A stretch of 64,000 bases of DNA, taken from assembly GCF_046119375.1 (NCBI RefSeq), contig NW_027362771.1, positions 389,608,001-389,672,000 of the forward strand, written 5' to 3'. Positions 51,155 to 61,887 of the stretch are shown here, piece after piece. The notes under the pieces are model-generated. The model saw only the letters and a list, made by a program, of their open reading frames with translations, searched no databases and was not told the DNA's origin. A program made the position numbers and the translations under genes. This DNA comes from Phyllobates terribilis. Lineage: Eukaryota. Numbering within the stretch: the first letter of the stretch is position 1; each line of letters begins with the position of its first letter.

Positions 51155-51430
51155 CTTTAATTTGAATGAGTACACTTTAAATCCTTTTACAATGATCTAT
51201 TGGAGGGCAAGTCTCATGCCAGCAGCCGCGGTAATTCCAGCTCCAGTAGCGTCCACTAAAGCTGCTGCAGTTAAAAAGCTTTCATAAGGATCGAGCTTGG
51301 CGGTCCACCGCAAGGCGTCCTACCGCCAGTCCCAGCCCCTGTGCCTTGGGGTGCCTCCCCGATGCTCTTCACTGAGTGTCCCGGGGGCACGAACCATTTC
51401 CTTTGAAAAATTAAGTGTCCAAACTACAGG
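51155..51430 (+). pseudogene. 18S rRNA gene fragment (530-loop region into V4), degenerate
   Basis: AATGAGTACACTTTAAATCC..TTGGAGGGCAAGTCTCATGCCAGCAGCCGCGGTAATTCCAGCTCCAGTAGCG..TGCTGCAGTTAAAAAGCT..GGCGGTCCACCGCAAGGCG..CGATGCTCTTCACTGAGTGTCCCG..CTTTGAAAAATTAAGTGTCCAAA is colinear with vertebrate 18S, including the universal GCCAGCAGCCGCGGTAA motif. Confidence 0.92.
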
Positions 51431-51536
51431 TGGTGTAGCTTGCTTAACAGCTGGGTTAATCCGCTGACTAGCAGACACTGCTACTAGGCCCAAAGTATTG
51501 CTTGGGCTAGATGCAGTTAAAAATTTGTAATTAGAT

Positions 51537-53810
51537 ACTCTCGTTGGATGCTGAGAAAGCATTCCATAGAGTCTACTGGCACGCCATATATTATTCTCTT
51601 AAAAAGCTTGGGGTAGGGGACCCTTTTATAGCCAAAATTATGGCCCTGTATCGCAATCCATCAGCTAGGCTGAAGATAAATGGAACATTATTATCACCTT
51701 TCATAATCACCAATGGGACAAGGCAGGGATGTCCTCTGTCCCCTCTCTTATACATCCTAGTGATGGAGCACCTGCTCTCATCAATTCACGATAACCCCAA
51801 TATTAGGGGGATTGAGGTGGGAGGCACCGAGTACAAGTGCTCTGCATTTGCTGATGATGTCCTAGTATATATCACTCAACCATATATATCCATCACTGCT
51901 GTTATGGCTGAAATAGATCACTTTGGTTCATGGTCAAATTTTAAAATCAATGCAGCGAAGTCTGAGGCCCTCGATGTCTCCCTCCCCAAATCCATACAGG
52001 ATTCCATCCAGTCCAACTTTCCCTTTGCCTGGCCCTCACAGGGTATCAAATACTTAGGAATTCGTATTCATAGAGACCTCTCCCGTCTATTTTATCTTAA
52101 TTTTGGGCCCTTTATTGAACAACTCCATAGAGATCTTACTTCTTGGCCAGTGAAGGATTTTTCCTGGTTCGGCAGAATAAATATACTAAAAATGAACGTC
52201 CTACCTAAACTCTTATACCTCTTCCAAACCATTCCCGTGGTAATTATCTCAAATTTTTGGAAAAGACTATGCAGTAGCTTTTGCTGATTTATCTGGGCAA
52301 GTGGGCGTCCACGCATTCAGGGGGATGTTCTGATCAGACACAAACAAAAGGGGGGCCTTAGCCTTCCGGATTGTAGAAGGTATTACATGGCAGCAGTACA
52401 CGCTAGAATTCTGGACTTCTTCCATCATTCGGAGGGGAAATTGTGGGTCAAAATAGCTCAATCCATTTGTCCTAAAGCTTTTACCACTCTCCCATGGTGC
52501 GCCCATTTAATTGTCCCCTCTCTTGGCCTCATGTCATATAGTACTTATGCCACTGCTTTGGCTTTGAGATCCCCAAAAAAAAGCTTATCCTCAATCGACC
52601 CCCAGGGCCCCTTGCTCCCGATTTCCGATAATCCAGATTTCCCACCAGGACTATCTGCAAATAGATTTCTCGGTTCAAATAAATCCCATCCAATATTATT
52701 TTGTCATGTCATCTCCAATACTTCGTTGCTCCCCCTCAATGACTTGTTACAGGGAAGAGCCACTTCCCCGAAGGCTAATTTTGAATATAGCCAGTTACAA
52801 CACTTCTATTCAACTGTGAAGAAGTGTGCACATCTTCATAGAGATCTCACAAACTTTGAAAAATTGAGCCTATCATTGTCACCCCCTACACACTCCATCT
52901 CCCTACTGTATAATCTCCTCATTGCCCAGGTAACTGACAATAGGCCAGGATTCTGCGGTGCATGGGAAAGGGAACTGGGGAAGTCCTTCTCTGACTCACA
53001 ATGGGATAAATGTTTCTTCCTAACACATAAAACCTCAATAGGGTCCAAAGCTCAGGAAACCTCCTTCAAAATTATCTCTAGATGGTACCGGGTACCAGCA
53101 GGCCTTCATAGATGGTATCCGGTCGTCTCAGATAGATGTTGGAGATGTGGGGAGGGGGAAGGGACAATGTCACAAATATGGTGGGCATGCCCTATAATAA
53201 ATGCATTTTGGGCAAAGGTGGTTCCCATGATTGAGAAAATAACTGGTTTGACTATCCCTAATATGCCAGAAGCCCTCCTTTTCTCAATGTTACCAATAAG
53301 TAAACGTAGTTATAAAAGGTCATCAATAGGCTACCTAATACAGGCAGCTAAGAATGTCATTCCACGACACTGGAAAAGCAGAGACCCACCCACTGTGGAG
53401 GAATGGTTTGCGGAGATCTCCCTCCTTAATAGGATGGAGCATCTGATTGCCATCTCACAGGCTGATGTTGATAGATACTGTGTGATTTGGAGGGATTGGA
53501 TTGATTTGCAAAACTCTGACGCCTACCATCTAGCCCCCAACTAAAGTTATCCGTGATGTCGGCACAACAATGATAATAATCGCACTCTATTGATTGGTGG
53601 TCTGCCGTGGTCCGCTCCCTCTCTCTCTATCTTTCATATGGAAAAATACATGCTTGATCTGGATATTGATGGAAAACCCTCCCTGTACCCCCCAATGTAC
53701 TGTCGTTATGCATAGATTTATAGTTATACTACCCCTTTTACTATGTATATTGTATTTTCTTGTACTTTTTCAACACAAAAAAAAACAAAACTTGAATTTG
53801 AAAAAAAAAA
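51537..53810 (+). mobile_element. L1-clade LINE, 5'-truncated, with poly(A) tail and TSD
   Basis: ORF2: DAEKAF..GTRQGCPLSPLL..SAFADDVLVY..GIKYLG (51544-52287), one in-frame TGA, then continues to DRCWRCGEGEGTMSQIWWACP (to 53544). A-rich tail to 53810. TSD TTGTAATTAGAT at 51525-36 and 53811-22; left site is TT/AAAA. Confidence 0.95.
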
Positions 53811-54158
53811 TTGTAATTAGATCTACAGGCGGTGGCTACTCCGCTGACTAGCAGACACTGAAGCTTTGGAGCAGACCTCTGATTCCCAGGCTATAGTATG
53901 AGTAAACAGCTCTTCAGACTCAACCATCTGTGTTACCCCAAGCCATAGTGTATGTAGTTTCTTACGGTTAAAAGGGGGGGGAGACCCGACCCACCTGGAA
54001 TTGACGATGGCAACGTCATGTAAAACACAGCAAGGGGACTCCAAAAAGAGTCTCCATTTTTTCCCAAAATTGTGGCACAGACACCACTTAAGTGGCATCA
54101 ATTGTCCCAGAGTTGCTTAAAATGGTTGGTGAGGTGATTTTCCAAAATCCTCAAGCTT

Positions 54159-54410
54159 TTAGTCTCCCCAGAATGACACAGGTGGGGCAGATGGTGGTTG
54201 TCCCGGCCCGCTAGGCCGCATTGTAGCACAGTGAGCTTCGCACTGCAACTTATGCTTCATATCCATGTGACGGTTCATGCATGAAGTACTCAAGCTATGG
54301 ATTTTTTGGCCTCTACTTAGCTTTTGGTGACAAATGTTACAGATAACACGAGTTGGGTCATCCTTATCGATCTGAAAAAATGCACAGGCTATGCAAGGTT
54401 TAGAGCCCAT
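54159..54410 (-). pseudogene. hAT transposase BED zinc finger fused to the last codons of the transposase
   Basis: AFFQIDKDDPTRVICNICHQKLSRG..LSTSCMNRHMDMKH (CxxC..HxxxH), then PVSFWGD*, which matches the PVSSWGE* terminus at 58249. Confidence 0.85.
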
Positions 54411-54589
54411 GCGACTCTGCTACTAGCAATACTATCAAATGATTGGCTGGGTTAGATGCAGAGCGTCTGGGTTTGGTTGGGGGTCCCCACAGTCTGCCTA
54501 GGCTAGATGCAGTTAAAAATTATTATTAGATACACAGGCGTTGCAGCTTGCTTCGCAGCTGGGCTAATACGCCCAAAGTATTGGTAGAC

Positions 54590-55090
54590 TCAATACTAAA
54601 TAAGGAAGGATTCACTGACTGTGGTGTCCCCTCCGTAGGCCGTGGCGATTGGTGGAGATTTGGTGGATGATTATAGGAGAAAGCTCCTTAATAGAGAAAG
54701 TTGGAGGATTTATACTTTAAATACACGTGTACCAGCGGGTTTAAACATCAGACATGATTTGATGTAACATTATGAATGATCATTTATAGATTATTATTAT
54801 ATATATGTTCCTTTTTTCTTCTTTTCTTTTTCTTTTGGATTATTTACATTTATATGCATTGTTTCTATGCTATACGATTTTAACATGGTATGTGTGTTTA
54901 AATTTCTGATTAACTCAGCCTTGAACAGGTGCATAGCAGGACATGACATATAAATTCCACTTCCTTGCTGTTTTTTTGCTATGCAATGATTAAGAACCTT
55001 TAGTTCGAAACGCATTTGCTGTTCTTCTCCAAGGTGGACTTTTAAAATATTTTTTGTATGACCCAATAAAAAGTGGATTATAGAAGATTT
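54590..55090 (+). mobile_element. Penelope-like 3' fragment (GIY-YIG C-terminus and pLTR-like tail)
   Basis: RRKLLNRESWRIYTLNTRVPAGLN at ~54665-54740. Hammerhead-like remnant GCAA-TGATTAA-GAAC-CTTTA-GTTC-GAAAC-GCAT-TTGC at ~54983-55019. Confidence 0.65.
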
Positions 55091-55628
55091 GTTCAGCTGG
55101 ATCTTCCTGGTTCCTCATGTTCGTCTGGTAGCACTCATGGCTCCGTGCTGTTGATCTTCTAGGTGGGTGAGCTGATTTTTTCCTTTCTTTTTCTGCCAAG
55201 TGGCGATTGGTCATCCACTTTCGCTGCCCCTTACTCAACGAATTCACAAACATCTCCCGTCGGTTTGGAGTCCCATTATGCCCAACCAAAAACATAGGCC
55301 CCACAACTAAAAAAAATCTTTCTTAGGCATCGAAATCGACACCACAGCAAGGTTGTTCCGCCTCCCATGGGAAAAAATACCAAAACATTACACCTGATCT
55401 AGGTTTTTTGCGCAGTATGGAGAGTAACACTACAGCAGATGCAAGTATTACTAGGTCTCCTCGTGTTTGCGAGCCGGGTGATGCCAGTCGGAAGGGTTTT
55501 TTCTCTTCATTTATCGCAACAAAAGGGGCATCTAAACGAGTCATACAATCAGAATCAGCAGTCAGCTACGGGCGGACTTAGAGGTGTGGAAAACCTTCTT
55601 ATAATCATTCAACGGTCACACGTTATTT

Positions 55629-56117
55629 ATGTCAGCAGAACAGTCCAACATTCAACTAAGATTATTCACCGGGGCGGCAGAATCAGGCGGATATGCAGCG
55701 ATACTAAATAACCAATGGTGCACCAGCTTATGGCCTCCGTATTGGGCAGAACAAGTGCTGACAAAAAAACAGACAGTCCTGGAACTGTTTCCAATAGTGG
55801 TAGCAATAGAAATATGGGGCGCGCGCTTGGCTAACAAAAATATACTCTTCATTACAAAAAACACCAGCCTAGCGCACTTCATTAATAATATGGCATCATT
55901 GTCTCTCCCAGTGCTAGGCCTACTACGCCGGCTAGCATTCCTGTGCCTAAAACACAATGTATGGGTCCGCGCTAGCCACAATGCTGAGGGGTCTAACGCT
56001 GCTGCTAAAGCTTTATCACAATTCAATTGGCAGATTTTCACAGAGCTCCTCCCCAACGCCCACACATCGGGAAACTGTTGCCCAGCCTCCCTATGGGATC
56101 TAGTGGAGAATAGTTGA
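55629..56117 (+). pseudogene. DIRS-type RNase H domain, catalytic residues substituted
   Basis: LFTGAA..WPPYW..VLELFPIVVAIEIWG..L.NK..F.TKN..H....N.AAKALS. The expected FTDA, CDN and ADALS aspartates read G, K and K. Confidence 0.8.
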
Positions 56118-57003
56118 TGCCATTAATCAGAGTGTCAGTTGCCCCGTCGATGTGGCAAGCATACGGTAAGGCATGGGAAGAGTGGACACGACTAGTAGCA
56201 GGCAGACGGGTTGACCAATGTGAACAAGCCAGATTACAAGTCACCATAGAATTTCTCCACCAGCTAATGATGAGGGGCATATCAGGGGCATCAGCGCAGC
56301 GGTGGCTGACCGAAGTAGCATTTCACTTCCAACTACTGAAATGGGGACATGTGACAAAGAGATTCATCATCAGACAATCCTTAAAAGGGTGGAAAAGGGG
56401 TCAGCCAAGTCAGGAGTGTAGACGTCCCATCCCTTGTCACTAAAACTGATTTCTCACATCATATCCCTAACACCATTAACATGATACTCACAATTTGAAG
56501 CAACACTACTGTCTACTGTATTTGCGATCGCCTTCTTCGGGGCGCTATGCATAAGCGAATTAGTCCCTCAATCCAAAATTACCACCAGTGGAGGCTTATT
56601 ACACCAGGACGTAGTCATAGCCAATAATGCAATACATCTACGCATACGCAAATTGAAAACGTTTCCAGTGGGCAGGGACACTTGGGTACTTCTACAACCC
56701 ACAAATGGTACGCTGAGTCGGGTAACAATAGTAAAAACATATATAACCATCAGATCACAAAGTAATTTCTTCCTATCACACATTGATGGAACACCATTAT
56801 CAAGATACCAGTTCCAAGCTATATTTAATAAATGCATAACATCGGCAGGGAACCACCCCAAAGATTATGGGACACACTCATTCCGCATAGGCTCTGCCAC
56901 GGAAGCAGCAAGAGCAGGACTGTCAGAAACGAAAGTCCAGAGGATAGGGAGATGGCGATCCACGTGTTTGGCGAGATACATAAGACCGGACTTGTTATCC
57001 TAA
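56114..57003 (+). pseudogene. Tyrosine recombinase (phage-integrase fold) with a frameshift and a stop
   Basis: SVAPSMWQAYGKAWEEW (core-binding), FFGALCISELV (catalytic R>C), GTHSFRIGSAT (HxxR), IGRWRS..ARYIRP (W, Y). Confidence 0.9.
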
Positions 57004-57024
57004 CGTGGTTTGTTTCTTTTACAG

Positions 57025-57570
57025 GTGACGCTAAGCCAACAGTGTGGGTGATAGGCTACTCGTATATATATTAGGCAGAAAAAGGGGCGAAAGTCCGCCC
57101 AGGCGGGAGGAAATTAGAGCTTCATAACACATATTTCAACTGGAGAGGTATTAGAGGCCTGCAATGGCCACAGGTACTAATGGAGGTAATCAAGGTAGGG
57201 AGAGAGGCTAGAGGTCCGGTCATCTTAGTTATACAGGCCGGGGGAAACGACCTAGGTTACCACAAGAGCGCATAACTAATGGCAATAATGAAACTAGACA
57301 CTGAGCGCTTCAGAGAATTTTTCACAAAAATAGTCAGAGATTGTGCCGAGCGCGGTATGGCAAAGTACCCGAGACATCACGGCCATCGAACGGACAAGGC
57401 GGCTGATAAATATTTGGATGCCAAAATTTATAAAAGACAGAGGCGGACAACTGGAATGAGATAAAGCAGGCCTCATATGGCCCGACTGTGTTCACTTAAT
57501 GGACATTGGACTGGACATATTCCTGTCAGGACTCCAGGACGGAGTGGAACTGGCGTTAAGAGTGATGGAT
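57025..57570 (+). pseudogene. SGNH/GDSL-like hydrolase ORF of Ngaro elements
   Basis: VWVIGYSYIY (block I G-x-S), WRGIRG (block II), LVIQAGGNDLG (block III), WPDCVHLMDIGLDIFL (block V DxxH). Contains stops and a frameshift. Confidence 0.8.
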
Positions 57571-58248
57571 GGGGGTCAGAGTCCTGCATACGAGTACGCA
57601 GCATCTTCCGTGGTCTGGAAATAGAAAGGACATGTTGGAGAGTTACATTTGTTGGCCAACTTGCCGTTGTGGAGACTGGAGACACAGGGCATGCTTCAAC
57701 AAGCTGAATTATTTTAGAAATAAAATGCCTTTCTAATGTAATGAGTATAAACAGTTAATAAAGCTGTGACCGATCCTCACCCATCCAGTTGTAAGAGTTA
57801 CATGATTGTATTATCAATGAAGGGGGGCGGTAGGGGGCTGAGCGTCTGGGTTTGGTTTGGGGTCACCACAGTCTGCCTAGGCTAGATGCAGTTAAAAATC
57901 ATTATTAGATACACAGGCGGTGCAGCTTGCTTCGCAGCTGGGTTACTACACTGACTAGCAGACACTGAAGCTTTGGAGCAGACCTCTGAGTAAACAGCTC
58001 TTCAGACTCAACCATCTGTGTTACCCCAAGCCATAGTGTATGTAGTTTCTTACGGTTAAAAGGGGGGGGAAGACCCAACCCACCTGTAATTGACGATGCC
58101 AACGTCACGTAAAACACAGCAAGGGGACTCCAAAAAGAGTCTCCATTTTTTCAAAAAATTTGGGGCACACACACCACTTAAGTGGCATCAATTGCCCCAG
58201 AGTTGCTTAAAACGGTTGGTGAGGAGATTTTAACAAATCCTCAAGCTT

Positions 58249-58376
58249 TTACTCTCCCCACGATGACACAGGGGTAGAAAAGTCCTTGCGGATCCATGAT
58301 TTGTTCATCTTTATGAACGTGAGTCTGTCTACATTGTCAGTGGACAGCCGCCTGCGCTTATCTGTCAGCACACCAC
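58249..58376 (-). pseudogene. hAT transposase C-terminal (dimerisation-domain) end
   Basis: GVLTDKRRRLSTDNVDRLTFIKMNKSWIRKDFSTPVSSWGE*. Confidence 0.85.
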
Positions 58377-58407
58377 AAGCAGCGCTGAACACACATTCAG
58401 AGAGAAC

Positions 58408-59970
58408 AAAAATTATTATTAATTTGAAAGATGGTGGAGCTTAGTATAGATGGCCTAATAGAATGAGTACCACACACTGCTACTATGCCCAAAATTATTT
58501 TCCAGACAAGATGCAGCTAAAAATTATTATTAATTTGAATGCTGGTGGAGCTTAGTACAGATGGCCTAATACAATGAGTACCAAACACTGCTACAGGCCC
58601 AAAATTATTTTACAGGCAAGATGCAGCTAAAAATTATTATTAATTTCAAAGCTGGTGGAGCTTGGTATAGATGACCTAATACAATGAGTACCACACACTG
58701 CTACAGGCCCAAAATTATTTTCCAGGCAAGATGCAGCTAAAAATTATTAGTAATTTGAAAGCTGGTGGAGCTTAGTATAGATGGCCTAATAGAATGAGTA
58801 CCATGCACTGCTAATATGCCCCAAATTATTTTACAGGCAAGATGCAGGTAAAAATTATTATTAATTTCATAGACGGTGGAGCTTGGTATAGATGGCCTAA
58901 TACAATGAGTACCACATACTGCTACTATGCCCAAAATTATTTTCTGGGCTAGATGCAGCTAAAAATTATTATTAATTTCAAAGCTGGTGGAGCTTGGTAT
59001 AGATGGCCTAATACAATGAGTACCACACACTGCTACTATGCCCAAAATTATTTTCCAGGCAAGATGCAGCTAAAAATTATTAGTAATTTGAAAGCTGGTG
59101 GAGCTTAGTATAGATGGCCTAATACAATGAGTACCACACACTGCTACTAAGCCCAAAATTATTTTCCGGGCTAGATGCAGCTAAAAATTATTATTAATTT
59201 CAAAGCTGGTGGAGCTTGGTATAGATGGCCTAATACAATGAGTACCACACACTGCTACTAAGCCCAAAATTATTTTCTGGGCTAGATGCAGCTAAAAATT
59301 ATAATTAATTTCAAAGCTGGTGGAGCTTGGTATAGATGGCCTAATACAATGAGTACCACACACTGCTACTATGCCCAAAATTATTTTCCGGGCTAGATGC
59401 AGCTAAAAATTATTATTAATTTCAAAGCTGGTGGAGCTGGTTATAGATGGCCTAATACAATGAGTACCACACACTGCTAATATGCCCAAAATTATTTTCC
59501 GGGCTAGATGCAGCTAAAAATTATTATTAATTTCAAAGCTGGTGGAGCTTGGTATAGATGGCCTAATACAATGAGTACCACACACTGCTACTAAGCCCAA
59601 TATTATTTTCCGGGCTAGATGCAGCTAAAAATTATTATTAATTTCAAAGCTGGTGGAGCTTGGTATAGATGGCCTAATACACTGAGTACCACACACTGCT
59701 ACTAAGCCCAAAATTATTTTCCGGGCTAGATGCAGCTAAAAATTATTATTAATTTCAAAGCTGGTGGAGCTTGGTATAGATGGCCTAATACAATGAGTAC
59801 CACACACTGCTACTAAGCCCAAAATTATTTTCCGGGCTAGATGCAGCTAAAAATTATTATTAATTTCAAAGCTGGTGGAGCTTGGTATAGATGGCCTAAT
59901 ACAATGAGTACCACACACTGCTACTATGCCCAAAAGGTTTTACTTGGCTAGGTGCAGTAAAAAATTTGTA
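58408..59970. repeat. 111-bp tandem satellite, ~14 copies
   Basis: GATGCAG recurs at 58510, 58620, 58730, 58841, 58952, 59063, 59174, 59285, 59396, 59507, 59618, 59729, 59840, plus a variant at 59951. Confidence 0.95.
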
Positions 59971-60559
59971 TTACATACACAGGTGGTGTAGCTTGCAACA
60001 CAGATACGCTACTCCACTGACTAACACACACTGCAAGAGGCCCAAAAGGATTTGCTTAGCTAGATTTAGCCAAATGCTGTGAAAAACACTTGCACAGCAC
60101 TAAAACAGACCTGCCTGGCAAAAAGTGATAGGAACCGATGTAACCTAGCCCTCAAAAGGGCTGGAATTACAACTAGTCACTACTCCCAACCTATCTGTCT
60201 ATTTAAGAACACAGACCTGCCTGCTAAAAGTGCTAGGAACTGCTGTAACCTAGCCCTCAAAAGGGCTGCAATTACAAACTATTCCCTACTCCCTAAACCT
60301 TTCTGTCTATTTAAGAGAAAATTTGCTTGCAATTCAGTTACACAATATAGCGCTAACAGCAGCAGCAGTGCCGTCTAACACTCAGCTGCAGCAGTGAGAA
60401 AATGGTGTCGACGGGAAAAATGGCTGGGTCTTATAGGGCAAGGACATGTGACATACACAGCCAATGACACATGCCGTTGCTTGTATGAAAAAAAGCACTT
60501 CACTCCGTGTGTGCGCTGCTGATAGGCTGACAGACTGCACCTCCCCACCTGAATTTGGG

Positions 60560-61887
60560 GATCCTCTGCCATACTTCCTTGTAGATGCTCTACAGTTCCG
60601 TCAGGTTGATTGGTGAACGTTGGTGGACAGCCATTTTCAGGTCTCTCCAGAGATGCTCAATTGGGTTTAGGTCAGGGCTCTGGATGGCCCAGTCAAGAAT
60701 CATCACAGAGTTGTTCTGAAGCCACTCCTTTGTTATTTTAGCTGTGAGCTTAGGGTCATGGTCTTGTTGGAAGGTGAACTTTCGGCCAAGTCTGAGGTCC
60801 AGAGCACTCTGGAAGAGGTTTTCACCCACGATATCTCAATACTTGGCTGCATTCATGTTTCCTTCAATTGCAACCAGTCATCCTGTCCCTGCAGCTGAAA
60901 AACACCCCCACAGCATGATGATGCCACCACCGTGTTTCACTGTTGGGATTGTATTGGGCAAGTGATGAGCAGTGCCTGGTTTTCTCCACACATACCGCTT
61001 AGAATTATCACCAAAAAGTTCTATCTTCGTCTCATCAGACCAGAGAATCTTATTTCTCATAGTCTGGGAGTCCTTCATGTGTTTTTGAGAAAACTCTATG
61101 TGGGCTTTCATATGTCTTGCACTGAGGAGAGGCTTCCATTGGGCCACTCTGCCATAATGGCCCGACTGGAGGGCTGCAGTGATAGTTGACTTTGTGGAAC
61201 TTTCTCCCGTCTCCCTACTGCATCTCTGGAGCTCAGCCACAGTGATCTTGGGGTTCTTCTTTACCTCTCTCACCAAGACTCTTCTCCCATGATTGCTCAG
61301 TTTGGCTGGACAGCCAGGTCTAGGAAGACTTCTGGTGGTCCCAAACTTCTTCCATTGAAGGATTATGGAAGCCACAGTGCTCTTAGGACCCTTGAGTAAT
61401 GCAGAAATTCATTTTTAACCTTGGCCATATCGGTGCCTTGCCACATTTCTGTCTCTGAGCTCCCTGGGCAGTTACTTTTGAGCTCATGATTCTCATTTAG
61501 TCTGACATGCACTGTGAGCTGTGAGGTCTTATATAGACAGGTGTGTGCCTTTCCAAATCAAGTCCTATCAGTTTAATTAATCACAGCTGGACTCCAATGA
61601 AGGAGTAGAACCATCTCAAGGAGGATCACAAGGAAATTGACAGCTCGTGACTTAAATATTAGTGTCTGAGCAAAAGGTCTGAATACTTATGACCATGTGA
61701 TATTTCAGTTTTTCTTTTTTATTAAATTTGCAAAAATTTCTACATTTCTGTTTTTTCTTCAGTCAAGATAGGGTGCAGAGTGTACTTTAATGAGAAGAAA
61801 AATGTGCTTTTTAGAATTTACCAAATGGCTGCAATGAAACAAAGAGTGAAAAATTTAAAGGGGTCTGAATACTTTCTGTATCCTCTG
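60560..61887 (-). mobile_element. Tc1 transposon truncated at its 3' end
   Basis: TIR AAAGGGGTCTGAATACTTTCTGTATCCTCTG|TA. ORFs 60878-61375 ([16 protein letters not shown]) and 60590-60829 ([19 protein letters not shown]). The C-terminus and second TIR are missing. Confidence 0.92.

Larger units (their letters stand above)
55200..57870 (+). mobile_element. Ngaro-type DIRS (tyrosine recombinase) retrotransposon, 5'-truncated within RT
   Basis: RT end (FGVPL..FLGIEIDT..QVLLGLLVFASRVMPVGRVFS), RNase H, YR and SGNH hydrolase in that order. 3' AATAAAGCTGTGACC. Confidence 0.85.
50670..60560 (-). mobile_element. Composite hAT element (one terminus visible; other end lost at the Tc1 junction)
   Basis: Starts TAGTGTTGAGC with GTTCG/CGAAC subterminal repeats. 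Contains hAT transposase pieces (BED finger, C-terminal end), repeated CTAGATGCAGTTAAAAA modules, an 18S fragment, an L1, PLE and Ngaro pieces, and a satellite. Right boundary approximate. Confidence 0.7.

Noticed and set aside
51155-51430. Functional rDNA unit
   Set aside because: Only ~270 bp, with substitutions in conserved positions, and no adjacent 18S, ITS or 28S sequence.
56114-57003. Phage or bacterial integrase (contamination or horizontal transfer)
   Set aside because: It is flanked by DIRS-type RT/RNase H and SGNH ORFs, so it is the YR of an Ngaro retrotransposon.
58408-59970. CRISPR-like regular array
   Set aside because: The units are contiguous near-identical 111-mers with no unique spacers, no cas genes are present, and the context is vertebrate.
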